Origin: Bugula neritina | Lineage: Eukaryota; Animalia; Bryozoa | DNA length: 64,000 bases | Direction: 5' to 3' | Assembly: GCA_964035545.1 (NCBI GenBank) | Contig: OZ037766.1 | Coordinates: 16,730,722-16,794,721, forward strand | Part shown: positions 51,101-64,000 of the stretch, piece by piece | Layout: each line of letters begins with the position of its first letter | Numbering within the stretch: the first letter of the stretch is position 1 | The notes under the pieces: generated by a model | The model's input: only the letters and a program-made list of their open reading frames with translations | Told to the model about the DNA's origin: nothing | Database searches by the model: none | Program-made: the position numbers and the translations under genes

Positions 51101-54100
51101 ATGTTTTGTAATATGGAATAACAGAGATTTTTCAAAAAATTAAGTAATGAGATATCTTTTAATCTTTCACATTTCATATTTCTATGTAATAGCATTGGAA
51201 TATGAAAGTGAAAGAATAAATCTTAAGATTTTTGCGTAGCATATACTAGTAGTTAGATAAGAACAAATAACTTATAAATTTGTTTAATGCTTACTTATAT
51301 CTAAAAGAACTATTTTGAATATTACTGACTCTTTTCAATGGCTAATAAGTGTTAAATATGTGGCCATTTTTGATGTCTGTAGGTCGAGTACATGTAGCTT
51401 ATGTTCTTTGTTTCAGCTGTCAAGTGTGATAACGGTATGGTGTACAACCAATGTGGAAGCAGCTGTGAGAGCACTTGTGCTAATCCTAACCCAGTCTGTG
51501 CAGATAACATATGTGTTGATGGCTGCCATTGCACTGATGGCTATGTAAAAGAAGGAAACCGATGTATTAGGAAGGATGAGTGCCCCTGTCAGCACGGCGA
51601 CTCCATCTACCCTAGCATGTCTACTATCAAAAAAGATTGTAATACTTGGTATGAGCATCCTCAGCTGTGCTTCTGCGTCATCTGCCTTTACATACGTGGC
51701 TAGTTAAATGCGCAGCCATACTAAGTTACCTGATAGTTGTATATTGTCTTGCTGGGATTAATACTTGTAAATTGGTTTGCAGCACTTGCAAAGGGGGCTC
51801 TTGGGACTGTGAGAGTAAGAACTGCGATGCTGTGTGCTCATCTACTGGTGATCCTCACTACAAGACGTTTGACGGCACTCGGTTTGACTTTCATGGTCAC
51901 TGTAACTACTACCTGGTGAAAGGGGATCGCTACGAGATTGCTGCTCAAAATGTCGAATGCGGAAGAGGTATGCTACGAGATATGTAATATGATGTGTAGC
52001 TTGTGGTGTCTATGGCAATTGTTGCATCATTTGATATTTATTATCTGTAAATTGAGTTTTTTTACGTTGTTAATCGGAAATTGGAGTATGACTTGTCGTC
52101 AACCAACTTTGTTTTACCCGTCAAATTTTCTGTTTTAAGTTTCACTACTTCATTAAATATATTTGTACTGGTTGAAGGTGGTGCTGCCTGTACCAAATCC
52201 TTGTCTGTGATGGTTCCACCACACACCATTCAGTTACAGCAAGGTAGAGCTGTATTGGTTGACGGAATTCCAGTAACTCTACCCCATACTATCAGCGATG
52301 TTGGTGTGAATATAATACACGCCTCTTCACTTTTTGTTCAGGTAATTTTATATAAATATGAACAACAATTATTGAAAAAATAAAAAGTTGAAAGTCAACT
52401 TTTTAATAATATTCATACAAATTGCTTTTTATTCGAAATGCTTTGAAGACACAACTGTGGTCAATCGAAAGCCAAGTCGAACTTATAAACATTTCTCACT
52501 TTTAAGCCTAGCTAGTTTTGTTCAGTTAGTTCTCCGACTCAAACAGCCCATTTTGATTGTAAAGCAGCCATACACAGAGCAGGCCACTTGATGTTTCTGA
52601 AATTTTTAGGTCAAATTAGCAAATGGCGCAAAAGTGTTGTGGGATGGTCAGACCAGGGCCTACATAACTGTACCTCACTCTCAACAGAATAAGGTGAAAG
52701 GTCTTTGCGGAACATTCAATGGCATGCAGAATGATGACTTTATGACAAAGCAAAACATCATTGAAAATAACCCAAATATATTTGGTATGTTCTGATATAT
52801 AACTTTAATTTTTACCATTCATATCCACGAAGAAATGATCAAACTTTGAAGCTGAATCTTGGACAATTTTTCATTATGTATCAACAGCATAGTTTTCTTG
52901 TTTAAGTTAGCCTTGATAGAAAGATAAATTTCCTTAAGGTATCTAGTTGAATATTTATGAGTGAATGATCTAATTTATTTTAAGGCAACGAATGGAAGGT
53001 TGACCCAAAATGTAAAAATGTTGACAAAGACTTTGAGCTACCCCCTCCGTGTACCAACTTTGTTGAAAGGAAGGCAACAGCTCAACGAGAATGTAACAAA
53101 CTTGGAGGTCCAGTATTTGCTGGTGAGTAACGTTACACCATTTTACGAAAGCTCTACTAGCCAAACTTTATTGAAAAGATTATTTGGAAGGATGGCTGTA
53201 ACCAATGAATATGTTGCTTTCCAATTGATGTACCAATAGTAAATGAATGTAGACTTTCTATTCTGTCTTGAGTTATTGTTCCAAGACTATGTTTGTTTAT
53301 TTAGCCTGCAGAGACTTTGTTGACAAGACAATGTTTGTTGAGAACTGTATGTACGATGTCTGTGAGTGCCAGACAAGCCTTGAGAAATGTATGTGCGACT
53401 CATTTGCTGCCTATGCTGATGAGTGTGCCAAGAGTGGTGTGCTCATTCCATGGAGAAAGGAAATCGCTATGTGTGGTAAGTAGCTGTCTTATGTTTTATT
53501 ATACTGAGAAGTGATGCGTATGTTTCCGAAAACCTCTACACAATGGTGTAACCTATTTTGAAGACATTCTTCGTTACTAGATCATATTCATCAAACTTGC
53601 ACTTTTATACTGTCATTTCATTAGGTTCAACTAAATGAATTACAGGCATTATGCACTCTAGAATAATATTTCAAAAACGTGCAACCATCACAGCATAAAC
53701 CGCCAGACTTGATGCATTTTATGAGAATAAAATGTGACAGGCTTTTTTAATTAGCTTGGGATTTGTATATATTGTCCGTTACATAACAAATTTTAGAAAA
53801 TCCGCAGCCTAATTAGCATTACTCAGCACATTTACCATATATGCAATATGTTGAATGTGTTGCTTTGAGGGGGTATTTTAAAGTAGCTCACATATATACT
53901 GTTATCTTTCAACTGATTACAGAATGTTTTATTATATAAAGTATGACCACTAACCACTTGAAATTCACCAGGGCTTTTAGATTTATAGACATCTGTTGTT
54001 ATGTTCAACAGGTTCATTTTTCAATTCACTTTCTATTGGTAAGTCGAAATGATAAGGTAGACACACAGCATTGCTTGACTACAAAAATCTTGAATTCTTT

Positions 54101-57100
54101 GCTCACTAAGGGTCTGTGTAAATAAATCTCGAGTACCTTATATCACATAAAATTAAATAATTACCTTGTGACATTAACTTTATCAAATTTTAAGCACTGC
54201 ATGTAATTTATTATTGACTAATTATATAAAGCTATGGTCATGCTGCATTTCTCTATGCTAAGATAAGAAAAGAATTGGGCTTATGTTGAGCAGACAACTA
54301 CCATTGTTAACATTTAGTTGTTTATTAATTTGATAATTTTGAAATAAACTTTTTTTTACAAGTCATTTATTTACCACCTTTAGGTGTCCAATGCCCAGCT
54401 GGTCAAGTTTATCAGGTCTGTGGATCATCATGTAATGCTACCTGCAGTAATATTGCCAGCGATCCTAACTGTGAAGATAGTTGTGTTGAGGGCTGTGCTT
54501 GCCCCCATGGCCTCACTTTGAATGATAAGAACCAGTGCGTTCCAGTAGAAGAATGTCCATGTGAGTTTGACGGAAAGGAGTTGTCTGCCGGTGCCAACCT
54601 TCTAAATGGTGACGAGATTTGGTGAGTTGAAGTTTCTTGTAGTTTTTGTAGCTTGCTGTCACAGTAGTTGCTGTTGAAAACTTACCAAGTGTATTATGTA
54701 ACTTTTGAATTTATACAGCTCTTGCACCAAAGGCAAGCTGATATGTCAGCCTAAGACGGTTATCCTCAATGACCCTAAGAGACCACCAATCACCAGTCCT
54801 CCTGAACCGATCTGTAAGAATGGCAAGGAGTACACTGACTGCAAGAGCAAGTGCACACCAACCTGCCTGCACCCTAAAGGCGAGCCTGGTTGTGAGAATC
54901 TTGTGGCTACATGTAAATCAGGTTGCGAGTGCCCTGCAGGTATAAACATGTACATACTATAGTATTTGTGCTAAGCTAATCCTATGTATTAGTTGTGGGC
55001 AATAATAAAACATATTTAGTTATGAGAAATTTCAATTGGAAAAGATAGAAAAAATAATTTGTTGAAGATTTTATAGAAAAAGGAAGCTTTTGTAAAAGTT
55101 TGGAATATGAGCAAGATATAGACTTGATGTAAATAGTGCTTGTTAAATTTTCCCATTTCTAAAATATTGGTCGTTTGTAAGACGGGTTTGATCTTGATTT
55201 CATTCTTAGGCACTGTGATGGAGGGGGATAACTGTATTCCAATTGGCCAATGTCCTTGCTACTATCATGGTATTGCCTACTCTCAAGGCCAAAAGATACC
55301 CCAAGACTGCAAGACATGGTAGGCTTGCAGAAGTTACTCATTGCTTCCATGATATATTATTTGCCAAACATTTGACTTTATTTGGCCAATTATTAGTATA
55401 TAAATCAAATCAAACTTAAACTTTTGAATTGTATAAATAACATAATGTGCTAACTGCCTTGGAAGATGCTGGGTTTGAAGTGCTACATATTATTAGTATA
55501 ACTGTTTGCACACAATTTGACATGTGTATTTTATATTCACTGCGACTTGTAAGAGATGTAGATACTTCTATTCCTATGTAAATATTTCTAGTAGTAATGC
55601 TTTGAAACAAATTCTGCGTTCAGTCAAAATAGATATTTTGCAATATGCCTTCTCCTTTTTGTTAATTAGCACATGCAACAACCAACAGTGGCAATGCGAT
55701 GACACTGTATGCCCTGCAACATGCTCAGCTTATGGAGAATCACATTATCGTACCTTTGATGGCAAAGAGTTTCAGTTCCAAGGCGAATGTGACTACACTT
55801 TGGTGAAGAGTACCATTTCTAACCCAGAGAAATTTCATATTTCTGTATCAAATGTGCCTTGCGGTTCCAGTGGTGTTACTTGTACCAAGAGTATCGATAT
55901 CTCCGTAGGAGATCCATTTGGCTCAGGTCTGTTGGAAACTCAATCAATAATTCTACTTAAAACCTGTGACACACTTCTCTAGTGCAAATTTTTGCGATGT
56001 TTAAAATCAAACACAATGTTTATGCAAAATGTGGAGACAATTTATCATTTATTGAAAGTAAATTTTATTGTCTTAACTATTAGTCCAATTTTCAATTTTC
56101 ATCAAGTCTTTGAAATGATTGCAGGTAACGATTTCCATCAGCTTCATTTGGTAAGAGGAAAGCCTATTAAAGTACAGGCTGGATCTCCACTTACCGTGAG
56201 AGAAGTTGGGCTTTTTGTTATTATTGACACTCCATTTGGTTTAACTATTCATTGGGACAAAGGTACTAGAATCTATGTCAAACTGCAAAGGAATCATGTT
56301 AACAAGGTAATTAGGAAATCACACTCTGGCTAAGTTTTTTATTTAGTAGGTGTGTTCTGTATATTTTTTACTTTGTACTTTGTAAATGCCGTTGCATTAG
56401 CCTGTTGTTAGTTGCTTTGGCACAGAATATTAGTTAAGTATTTAAAAAAACTGATGCATGTTATTTTAGTAAATTATTGTTTCAATATATACCTGAAAAC
56501 AATAATAAATGATACAACCAAAATTTAGTTTTTAGCCGAGTTTAATTTTATTCACTACAATGAAGAAAAAATTATGGTCTAAATGACTCAACTTGTAGGT
56601 ATCTGGTTTGTGTGGAAATTTCAACAATAATCAGAATGACGATTTCACGGCACCAAACGGTGGAACTGAGGCTAGACCAACCATATTTGCCGACTCCTGG
56701 AAGGTGAGAAATTAGGCAAATAGTCTCTTTACTGCTTTTCATAAAACCAGTTTGCTTCACCAGCCGTCTGAATAGTTTAATAAGAATGCTTTTCCTGTTG
56801 GTAAACCTGACAAAAGAAGCAATTATATAATTTGTGTGCTACTACTTGCCAAACAAGAAACTCTCAGCTCTGCTATAGTCGAGTGTAAGTTGATGAGGAT
56901 ACAACTTTGTTTAAATCAATTTTAAAGCAAGTTGCGGTGTTTTAGTGAGAGAACTATCTACATGTTTATGCTTGTTGACACGTACACTAATAGTTTTACC
57001 TGCAGAGTTTGTGTTGCACTCCCAAAGACATATTGTCAGAATGATGCATGCTCACATTTTCTAGGTTAACAACCATTGTCCACCAAGTCAAGAAATCCCT

Positions 57101-60100
57101 GAACCCTGCTCTCTGCAGCCACACAGAAAACCGTGGGCTCAGGAGAAATGTGCACTTATTCTCTCCGATGAATTCAAATCTTGCCATGCTGCTATTGCTC
57201 CCAAAGCTTACTATGACAGGTAGAGATAATCCCTATGTTTACATTAATTGTTGCTTATTCAGAATATCAAATGTTAATTAATATTAATACCCGAACAGGA
57301 CAAAGCGGAGTTAGGTGAGAATAGGTGAGAACATATCAAACACATTGGATGCCTTTATACACTCTGCTTTTGGATCGTTGTATAAACATCTATATATGCA
57401 CAAAATTTTAAATAAACTAGTTTGTCTATTTAATTCTTTACCTCAGGTTTAGCTCATTGTATTTTTTTTCAACATTGTAGTTTTCTAGAGCTTTTACACA
57501 TCGCTCCCAATATTGAGGCTATATAACTTAATACTATGCATCTATACCTGTATACTACAATCTTGTAGGTGCGTTTATGACGCCTGTGCCTGTGATTATG
57601 GTGGCGACTGTGAGTGTCTGTGTACAGCTATTTCTGCCTATGCACAGGAATGTTCTAACAAGGGAATTGAAATTACTTGGAGAGACCAAGATAATTGCCG
57701 TAAGTACAAAATATATTTGTAGTCTAAGTCAGATATTGGTTGCAAATACAAATATAGTTTCTTTTTTTATTTATAAATTGATAATAATGTTGTAAAATAT
57801 GACTAACAAAACTATGTTTATCTATTTTGAACATTTAAAATTTACACTATGCTTTATTGAAATAAATTTAATTAGTGTAGAGTTTAAATGTTTTTTGTTG
57901 CCCATCATTTTTGTATCTTCGGAAGGACTGATTGAATAGATTTGGTATGAAAGGCAATAAAAATACATTAGAGAAGGATGCTGTTCAACAATATAATTTT
58001 AAACTACCTACACATCTGATTTTAAATTTTTTAACGGAAATTGCCAATTTATGATCCCAAATGCATTTATAATTTTGGTTATTGTTATTTTGTGGATATT
58101 TATATATGCGTGTAACCAGTTAGTACAATCATAGTGTATGCAGCTTGTCATGTGGCTCGTATTTAATGTTATATAAGAACTTTGTTGTATGTATACCTGT
58201 TTCTACAGCAATACAATGTGAAGAATGTGATACATATTCACCATGCATGTCATCCTGCCCCAAGAAGACTTGTGACAACAAAGCTGTGTATGACGCTGAG
58301 TTCTTAGGATGTGAGAAGGCCATGTGTGTGGAAGGCTGCAAAACCAACCCCTGTCCTCCTGGTGGGTCACCAATACCTACATTTCAGTCTTCTCGTTCTA
58401 AACTAAGACTTTTATTTTTAATTTATCTGTAGTCATACAATATTATAAACATTGGTTCTGTTAACCCAACGAAAGTCTGGTAGACTGTACACTTAAATAT
58501 TGCGGCAACATGTTAGATGCACAATTGAAAATGATGGCGAATAATTTTGTATGGCATATCTACCCCAGCCATGTTTATCTTAGCACTGCTAACATAAGTA
58601 CCCGCAATAAGAGCAGTTGCAGAATTTAAGGACTTTGGTAATGTTTTGCCACAGGGCAAGTGTTCCTCAACACAACAAAGCCATACCAGTGTGTACCAGA
58701 GGCCAGATGTCCTAGCAAGGAGTGCATCGTCAATGGTAGAATCTTTCCTCCAATGCGAGTGATCACTGACGCTGATCTGTGTGGCGTTTGTGAGAATTGG
58801 TAACCACATAATATTCTGCTGTTCAACTAATTAAAGGAAAGGACACATATTTTATGACGTGCTCATTTATTATGTTAATGGCTTTTGCATATTATCACCG
58901 CATAATATGTTATCACCATACCATACAAAAGAATGCATCTCTGACATTAAAAATGCATTTATTGTAGTTGGTGTGAAAATGGTCAAATTGTAAAACGCCA
59001 AGTACCAAACTGTAGAGCAACCACTGTGAGAATGGATACCACCCCTCTATGCATACCCGACCCATTTGCAGAAGATCCTTTTGCTGGATGTGCCCCTGAT
59101 CCAGTGACTACTTTAGCACCTTCCACCACTATGGCACCCACTCTACCAACCACAGCCAGCCCACCCGGTTAGTGCATCACTCTGGTCATATAATGAAAGT
59201 GTGCGTGTGACAGGTATAAATATGTGCACTCATAAAACTAAGTGTTATTAGGCAACATTTTTTTAAAGGCAAGGTGTCAGAGCAATAACAGTACTGTTGA
59301 AATACGAAACAAAATGGTCTTCAACTTTATACGTTGAGTTGTTTTAAAGTAAGATTGTTTTGTATAATCACTTGTGTTGATGCGTTACTCAGCTCTGTGT
59401 TCCTGTAACGTGTTTGAAGCTCTCTAATATGTAAATTATTATCACTATTTCAAGTTTGGTTTGCTTTTCTTTTAGGTGATGTGATTGAAGCCAAGTGTCT
59501 TCAGACTGGCTGGACAGATTGGATGGATTCCAGCATTCCAACCTCATCTAGCGGTGGAGATATAGAAACCCATGCTAAACTCAGGAGTAAATATCAGTAT
59601 TGTAAATATGAAGAGGTGAGGCGTTGTAACCTGTGATTGTGAACTCACTGTGACTAAATAACCAATACCTCTAGAGCTTCAGCCGGCATAGCAGATGAAA
59701 CAGGTTTTGTGTATTTTGACCTCATTTAACACATGCATCCAGCGTGCTAGTTTTATTGCCAATGTTCACCCCTAGGAAATAATTAAGTTTATTTGTTTTT
59801 AAAAGTCTTATGCTTGAGCTTGAAAGTTGTTTTAATTAAATGTTAGCAGTTTACTTGCAATCTAAGTTTTAAAAAAAATTGTATTGACAAAAGTATTAGT
59901 TGATTTACAAAAAGTACAGCAAAGCCACTTGTAAAATGACAAAATAAACAAACACATTTTGATATTTAAAGTTTTTACTGTAAGCCAAGTTTAAACTATC
60001 TGTTCATCCTTTGTTTGCTAGCTAAAATTTCTCTGTCAACTGTAATTGTTAGCCAGTACTATATAAAAATGAACACAATATAATATGTTTGTAAAATAAT

Positions 60101-63100
60101 TATTCCATCATTGTTGCAACTTTGGTTAACTACCCTTGTTCCATGCAAGCTATCTCTTATGCAGATCACATCTGTTTAGTGTAAAGGATATTTTTGCAGA
60201 TTACATCTGTTCAATGTGAGCTTCAAGGGTCCTCCAAGCCTGCTGACCAAGCTGGTCAAGTTATTCACTGTAACATTAATGATGGTTTCAAATGCCTCGA
60301 TTCAGAGAATGGTAACTTTGCTGGAGCATGCAAGAATTACAAGCTGAGATTTTACTGTGAATGTCAGACAGGTATGATTATAGGGACTTGGGTTGACTTA
60401 TTATCAGATATGGTGTTGATATGTTGCTAAATGAAGCTTATTTTCTACTTTGAATGTAATTGTGATAAACATATATATTGGACAATTAATGAACAGTCCT
60501 TGGAATGAAATAGGTTTTCTAGAGCAGAATAATGGTATTTAAAGATGGCAAAAATGTTAAACTATTAATCGCTTTGCCAGAATCTGGCTCTCACTCTATT
60601 TTTGTTTCAAATTGTCTTGAAATTTTACAGAAGTTCCAACGACTCCTATGGTGACAGTGCCACCCACATTACCTTCAACAACAAGGAGCTCAAGAACCAG
60701 GAGAATACCTAGAGCTAATGCTACGACGACTGTAAGACCTACTTCCTCGTAAGTTAAATTATCCAAAACTTTAAAATATACTGATTATGTAATTTTAAAT
60801 TGGTTTTATGTGACCATATAGTTATTAAGTTTATAACTGGCATATTTTTTGAAAATTACATTTGGATTGGCATTGGTAAATAGTAGAATGCTAATATATT
60901 TTCTTATAAAGTATGATGTGGTTACCACTCTGGTAACTTTAGGTACGAGTATTTAGCTTTACAACTGCAATTTTATTATACGCTTCAATGGTTTTCAACT
61001 ATTTTTCATGCAATGTGTGCTGTCTTTACCATTAGCGGTTGTGATTACTGGACTCCATTTATAAACTCTGCTGTACCCATTCCTGGAGAGATCGACTCTG
61101 AGTCGATACCATCTATTAGAAGCACTCTGACCTCAATGGGCCGACCTCTTTGCCTGGATAGTAAGATTGTAGACATCAAATGCAGGGAGGTGCTAACTCT
61201 CAAGCCAAGCACTGCATTTTGTAAGTTGAACCAATGAAAGATTCTTCTAGCTTTAAATTTAGCTTCCTGCCTGCTAAGGATAGAATGCAATATTATTTTT
61301 AATTGGTTTTTGTTTGCTCCTATGGCACACAATTATTTATGCCAAAGCAGGGAAACACTACAAATATTTGATTAATAAATAATACTAGTTTGTGTCATGA
61401 CTTTAACATTAATATTTTAGTTAAACTGTTTAATGGCATATTTTGAAATTGAGTTTGTTGTGTATTGAAAAAGGTAGTAATATTGCTTGTAAGATAATCG
61501 GGCAAACAACATTCATACTATATCCAAGAAGCAATACACTTTATGGTATTTGCTAGTAATGCAAGCATGGTAATTTCATTTAGTATGACAAAGTGTGTCT
61601 ATTTTTAGCTGACATCAAATGCCAAATACCGCAGGACAAATCACAAGATGTGATGTCATGTGACCCAAGAGATCACTTTGGTGAATGCCCAGATATGGAG
61701 GTGTCTGTAAGATGTTCATGTGATGGTAAAACACCCATTATTCCCCCTAAAATTGGCGCCAGCACACCTTCTCCTAATGTATCACCATCTAAGTCAACAG
61801 TTCCTATGCCTAAAACTACTATTACAGTAATAGCAGGGGAAACTACAATAGTCTCTGGTTAGTGGAATATATTTTGAATACTTCAATATTTATTACAGTA
61901 ATGGCTACAGCTTTTATAAATGCTTAGTACATGAATAATTACAATTGGTATACAAAAGTTTCATTGCATCGACATTTGCAATCACACTTCAAATAGTGGT
62001 TGAATGGCTCACCACCATAATTGTCTTAGTGACAAGCTTTGTACTTTATACATAATTTGCAATCACTATTGACATGCTTTGGTTATGCATATTGTAACAC
62101 TTTATTGTGTTGAACAGACGATACTAGTACTTTTGGACATACAAGACCTTCAAATGGACCTCCAACAAGGACCCCTCCACCATATAAGCCTCGTATAGAA
62201 AGAAACAGTACAACTCCTGCAACTACTGTTGTCAGAACTACTGCTGGTACAGGTAAAAGTGCTGTATATTTTATAGAAACAATTGATATATTGTAAAATT
62301 ATGTCCAGTATTTGAGTTCTACATCAATTTTATTTCAGATTGTAAAACCAAGTTGCTAGTGATTTACACACAATCAGCAATAACAACATGAGGCATTTGT
62401 ATGTTGTAAGCAATCTAGACTTTAATTATTATTGCTTTACTGTGTAATCAAGTAGGACATTCTTTTAGATGGACTGTCAACCCCTGCATTTACAAAAGCA
62501 CCATCTTGTGTTCAGAACGGATGGACAGAGTTTATGAGTGTTAGCACACCAACACAGGTTGGAGAGTTCGAAACTATTAATGGTCTAAGAACTAAATATT
62601 CTTTCTGTGAATTCCCTACAGATATTGACTGCCGTGTTAGAAATAACAAGGTAAATATACTAACGTTATTATAAAATCCTAGAAATTAATGTTTTGAATG
62701 AAATTAAAATCACATAGAACGGAATTATTCTTGTACAGTTTAAATTTGTTTTGTACTGACTGTAATATTGCTTAAAGTCTAAACCTTTGAATGAATAGTA
62801 ACGCCATTTTTCAGATGTGTGCACTTGACGCTATTAAAGCAAGTCTGACAAACTATATTGGTGTAGTATTAAAGCCTGCAGCAATATCTTGGCTGCAGCT
62901 CAAGTGCAAGTTTAGAGTTTTGTACTCAATCAATTTGATTTTATAATACATTTTTTTGCATGTGTGTTCAATGAATTTATCAGCTTGGGCAACTTAATTT
63001 TGATTAAGAAAAATTGTTGAAAACATTATGCAAATATAGCGATGTTAATTTGGGCTTTTGCTTGCCCGGGTCACTTATAGTCACCATTTGGGATGCTTTA

Positions 63101-64000
63101 TTGAATGTTAGGTTATAGATATGATAGCGTACTCATTGAATAAACCCGAAGAATTTTTATTAGATTATTTGATAGATAGATTATTAGAATAATTGTAATT
63201 GTTATTGTTGGCAAGGTGGTAGTATACTATTAAGTTATGAAAAATAACTATGTTATCAGTATGGATTGAACTTGGAAGAACTAAAATTAAAATGCACTGC
63301 TTTTATTTATATAATACTTGCATTGACTGTCGAAGTGATTAGAAGTAAATACAAAAGTTGCTATGGCAATAGTGAGCCTAGGGCCACACGGTGCGTATTT
63401 TCGCATGTGAAAATTGAAATCACAAGTAGTAAAGGTGTCCATTGTACGCGTTGAGAAAACATTCGCACTTGTCGCTCAGCATTTTCAACGCAAGTGCGAA
63501 TTGTCTCTGTCGTCGTCACCTAATTGGCTGGTAGTTATTCAGCAAGCCCAACTTCTTCATTTTAGTGCCATATTCCAGTAAATTGCGTTTTATTGAAAGC
63601 GAGTGCGATTTAAAAATGAAAGCTTTATTTATCACGCATCACTGACGCTACAGTGGACACCTTTGCTACTTGTGATTTCAATTTTCGCATGCGAAAATAT
63701 GCAAGTGTGGCCCTAGGCTTACTGGTTATTATATAATTAATTTGGATTTAATGCCTCACAGAATTATACTTGTGATTTATTAGTTACAGATTGTTAGCTT
63801 AGTATGTTATTGTATAGCATCACTGAACTAAGAATAAAATGTTGGCTAACTATTCTACCACAAAACACAGAGATAGCTTAAGTTCATGTTAAAATAGTAT
63901 TATTGCCTTAAATTACCACTCATCCTGTTTCCAGCTGAAAATAGGCTATTTTAGTTTTCTGTCACTCAATATTTTAATAGACAGTAGCATTTATTCAGGA
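48170..64000 (+). CDS. Gel-forming mucin / VWF-family protein (MUC2/MUC5-like: D1-D2-D'-D3-CysD-PTS-CysD-PTS-CysD...), 3' incomplete
   Basis: Exons read by hand: 48170-48216, 48349-48380, 48721-49031, 49445-49594, 49866-50013, 50458-50570, 50782-50935, 51417-51648, 51783-51967, 52178-52341, 52610-52784, 52985-53122, 53305-53475, 54384-54621, 54719-54939, 55210-55318, 55670-55926, 56125-56306, 56599-56703, 57065-57219, 57569-57699, 58209-58361, 58655-58799, 58968-59167, 59476-59615, 60200-60371, 60631-60748, 61036-61220, 61609-61857, 62118-62252, 62469-62650, and possibly 63981 onward. Signal peptide [16 protein letters not shown]; three VWD domains ([26 protein letters not shown]; CGLCG/KGLCG/SGLCG); C8 and TIL domains; CysD with WTDW; Thr/Pro/Ser-rich spacers. 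Confidence 0.92.
63376..63718. mobile_element. MITE with ~70-bp TIRs (PIF/Harbinger-like) in a mucin intron
   Basis: gcctagggccacac...attttcgcatgtgaaaattgaaatcacaagtagtaaaggtgtcca pairs with tggacacctttgctacttgtgatttcaattttcgcatgcgaaaat...gtgtggccctaggc. The flanks TGA/TTA resemble a TNA target duplication. Confidence 0.8.

Noticed and set aside
51843-51860. GDPH autocatalytic cleavage motif in VWD2
   Set aside because: GDPH is common at the start of VWD domains; its presence alone does not show cleavage.

Overview
AT-rich, intron-rich animal genomic DNA, probably a spiralian/lophotrochozoan invertebrate (inferred from the receptor type). In order: (1) the 3' end of a TRIM-like coiled-coil plus NHL/beta-propeller gene (+) with a +2 frameshift in an (AG)4 tract; (2) a complete single-cysteine-cluster Toll-like receptor (-) whose TIR domain is split by three introns; (3) a fold-back MITE; (4) a complete 11-coding-exon nuclear receptor gene (-, about 703 aa) with two tandem C4 zinc-finger DNA-binding domains (P-boxes CEACKK then CEGCKG) and a divergent LBD, i.e. 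a 2DBD-NR. The second DBD is split over two short exons that the ORF track misses; (5) about 29 kb with no recognisable host gene, holding MITEs, a tRNA-derived SINE with a 14-bp TSD and two defective Ty3/gypsy LTR retrotransposons with intact LTRs, PBS and TSDs; (6) the 5' 31 or more exons of a gel-forming mucin/VWF-family gene (+; D1-D2-D'-D3-CysD-PTS-CysD-PTS-CysD), which runs off the window end. The most notable observation is that each DBD of the 2DBD-NR is a phase-1/phase-1 cassette ending at the same homologous intron position. This supports a tandem exon-module duplication and would allow in-frame DBD1-only, DBD2-only or double-DBD isoforms. All exon models were read by hand and need RNA-seq confirmation.
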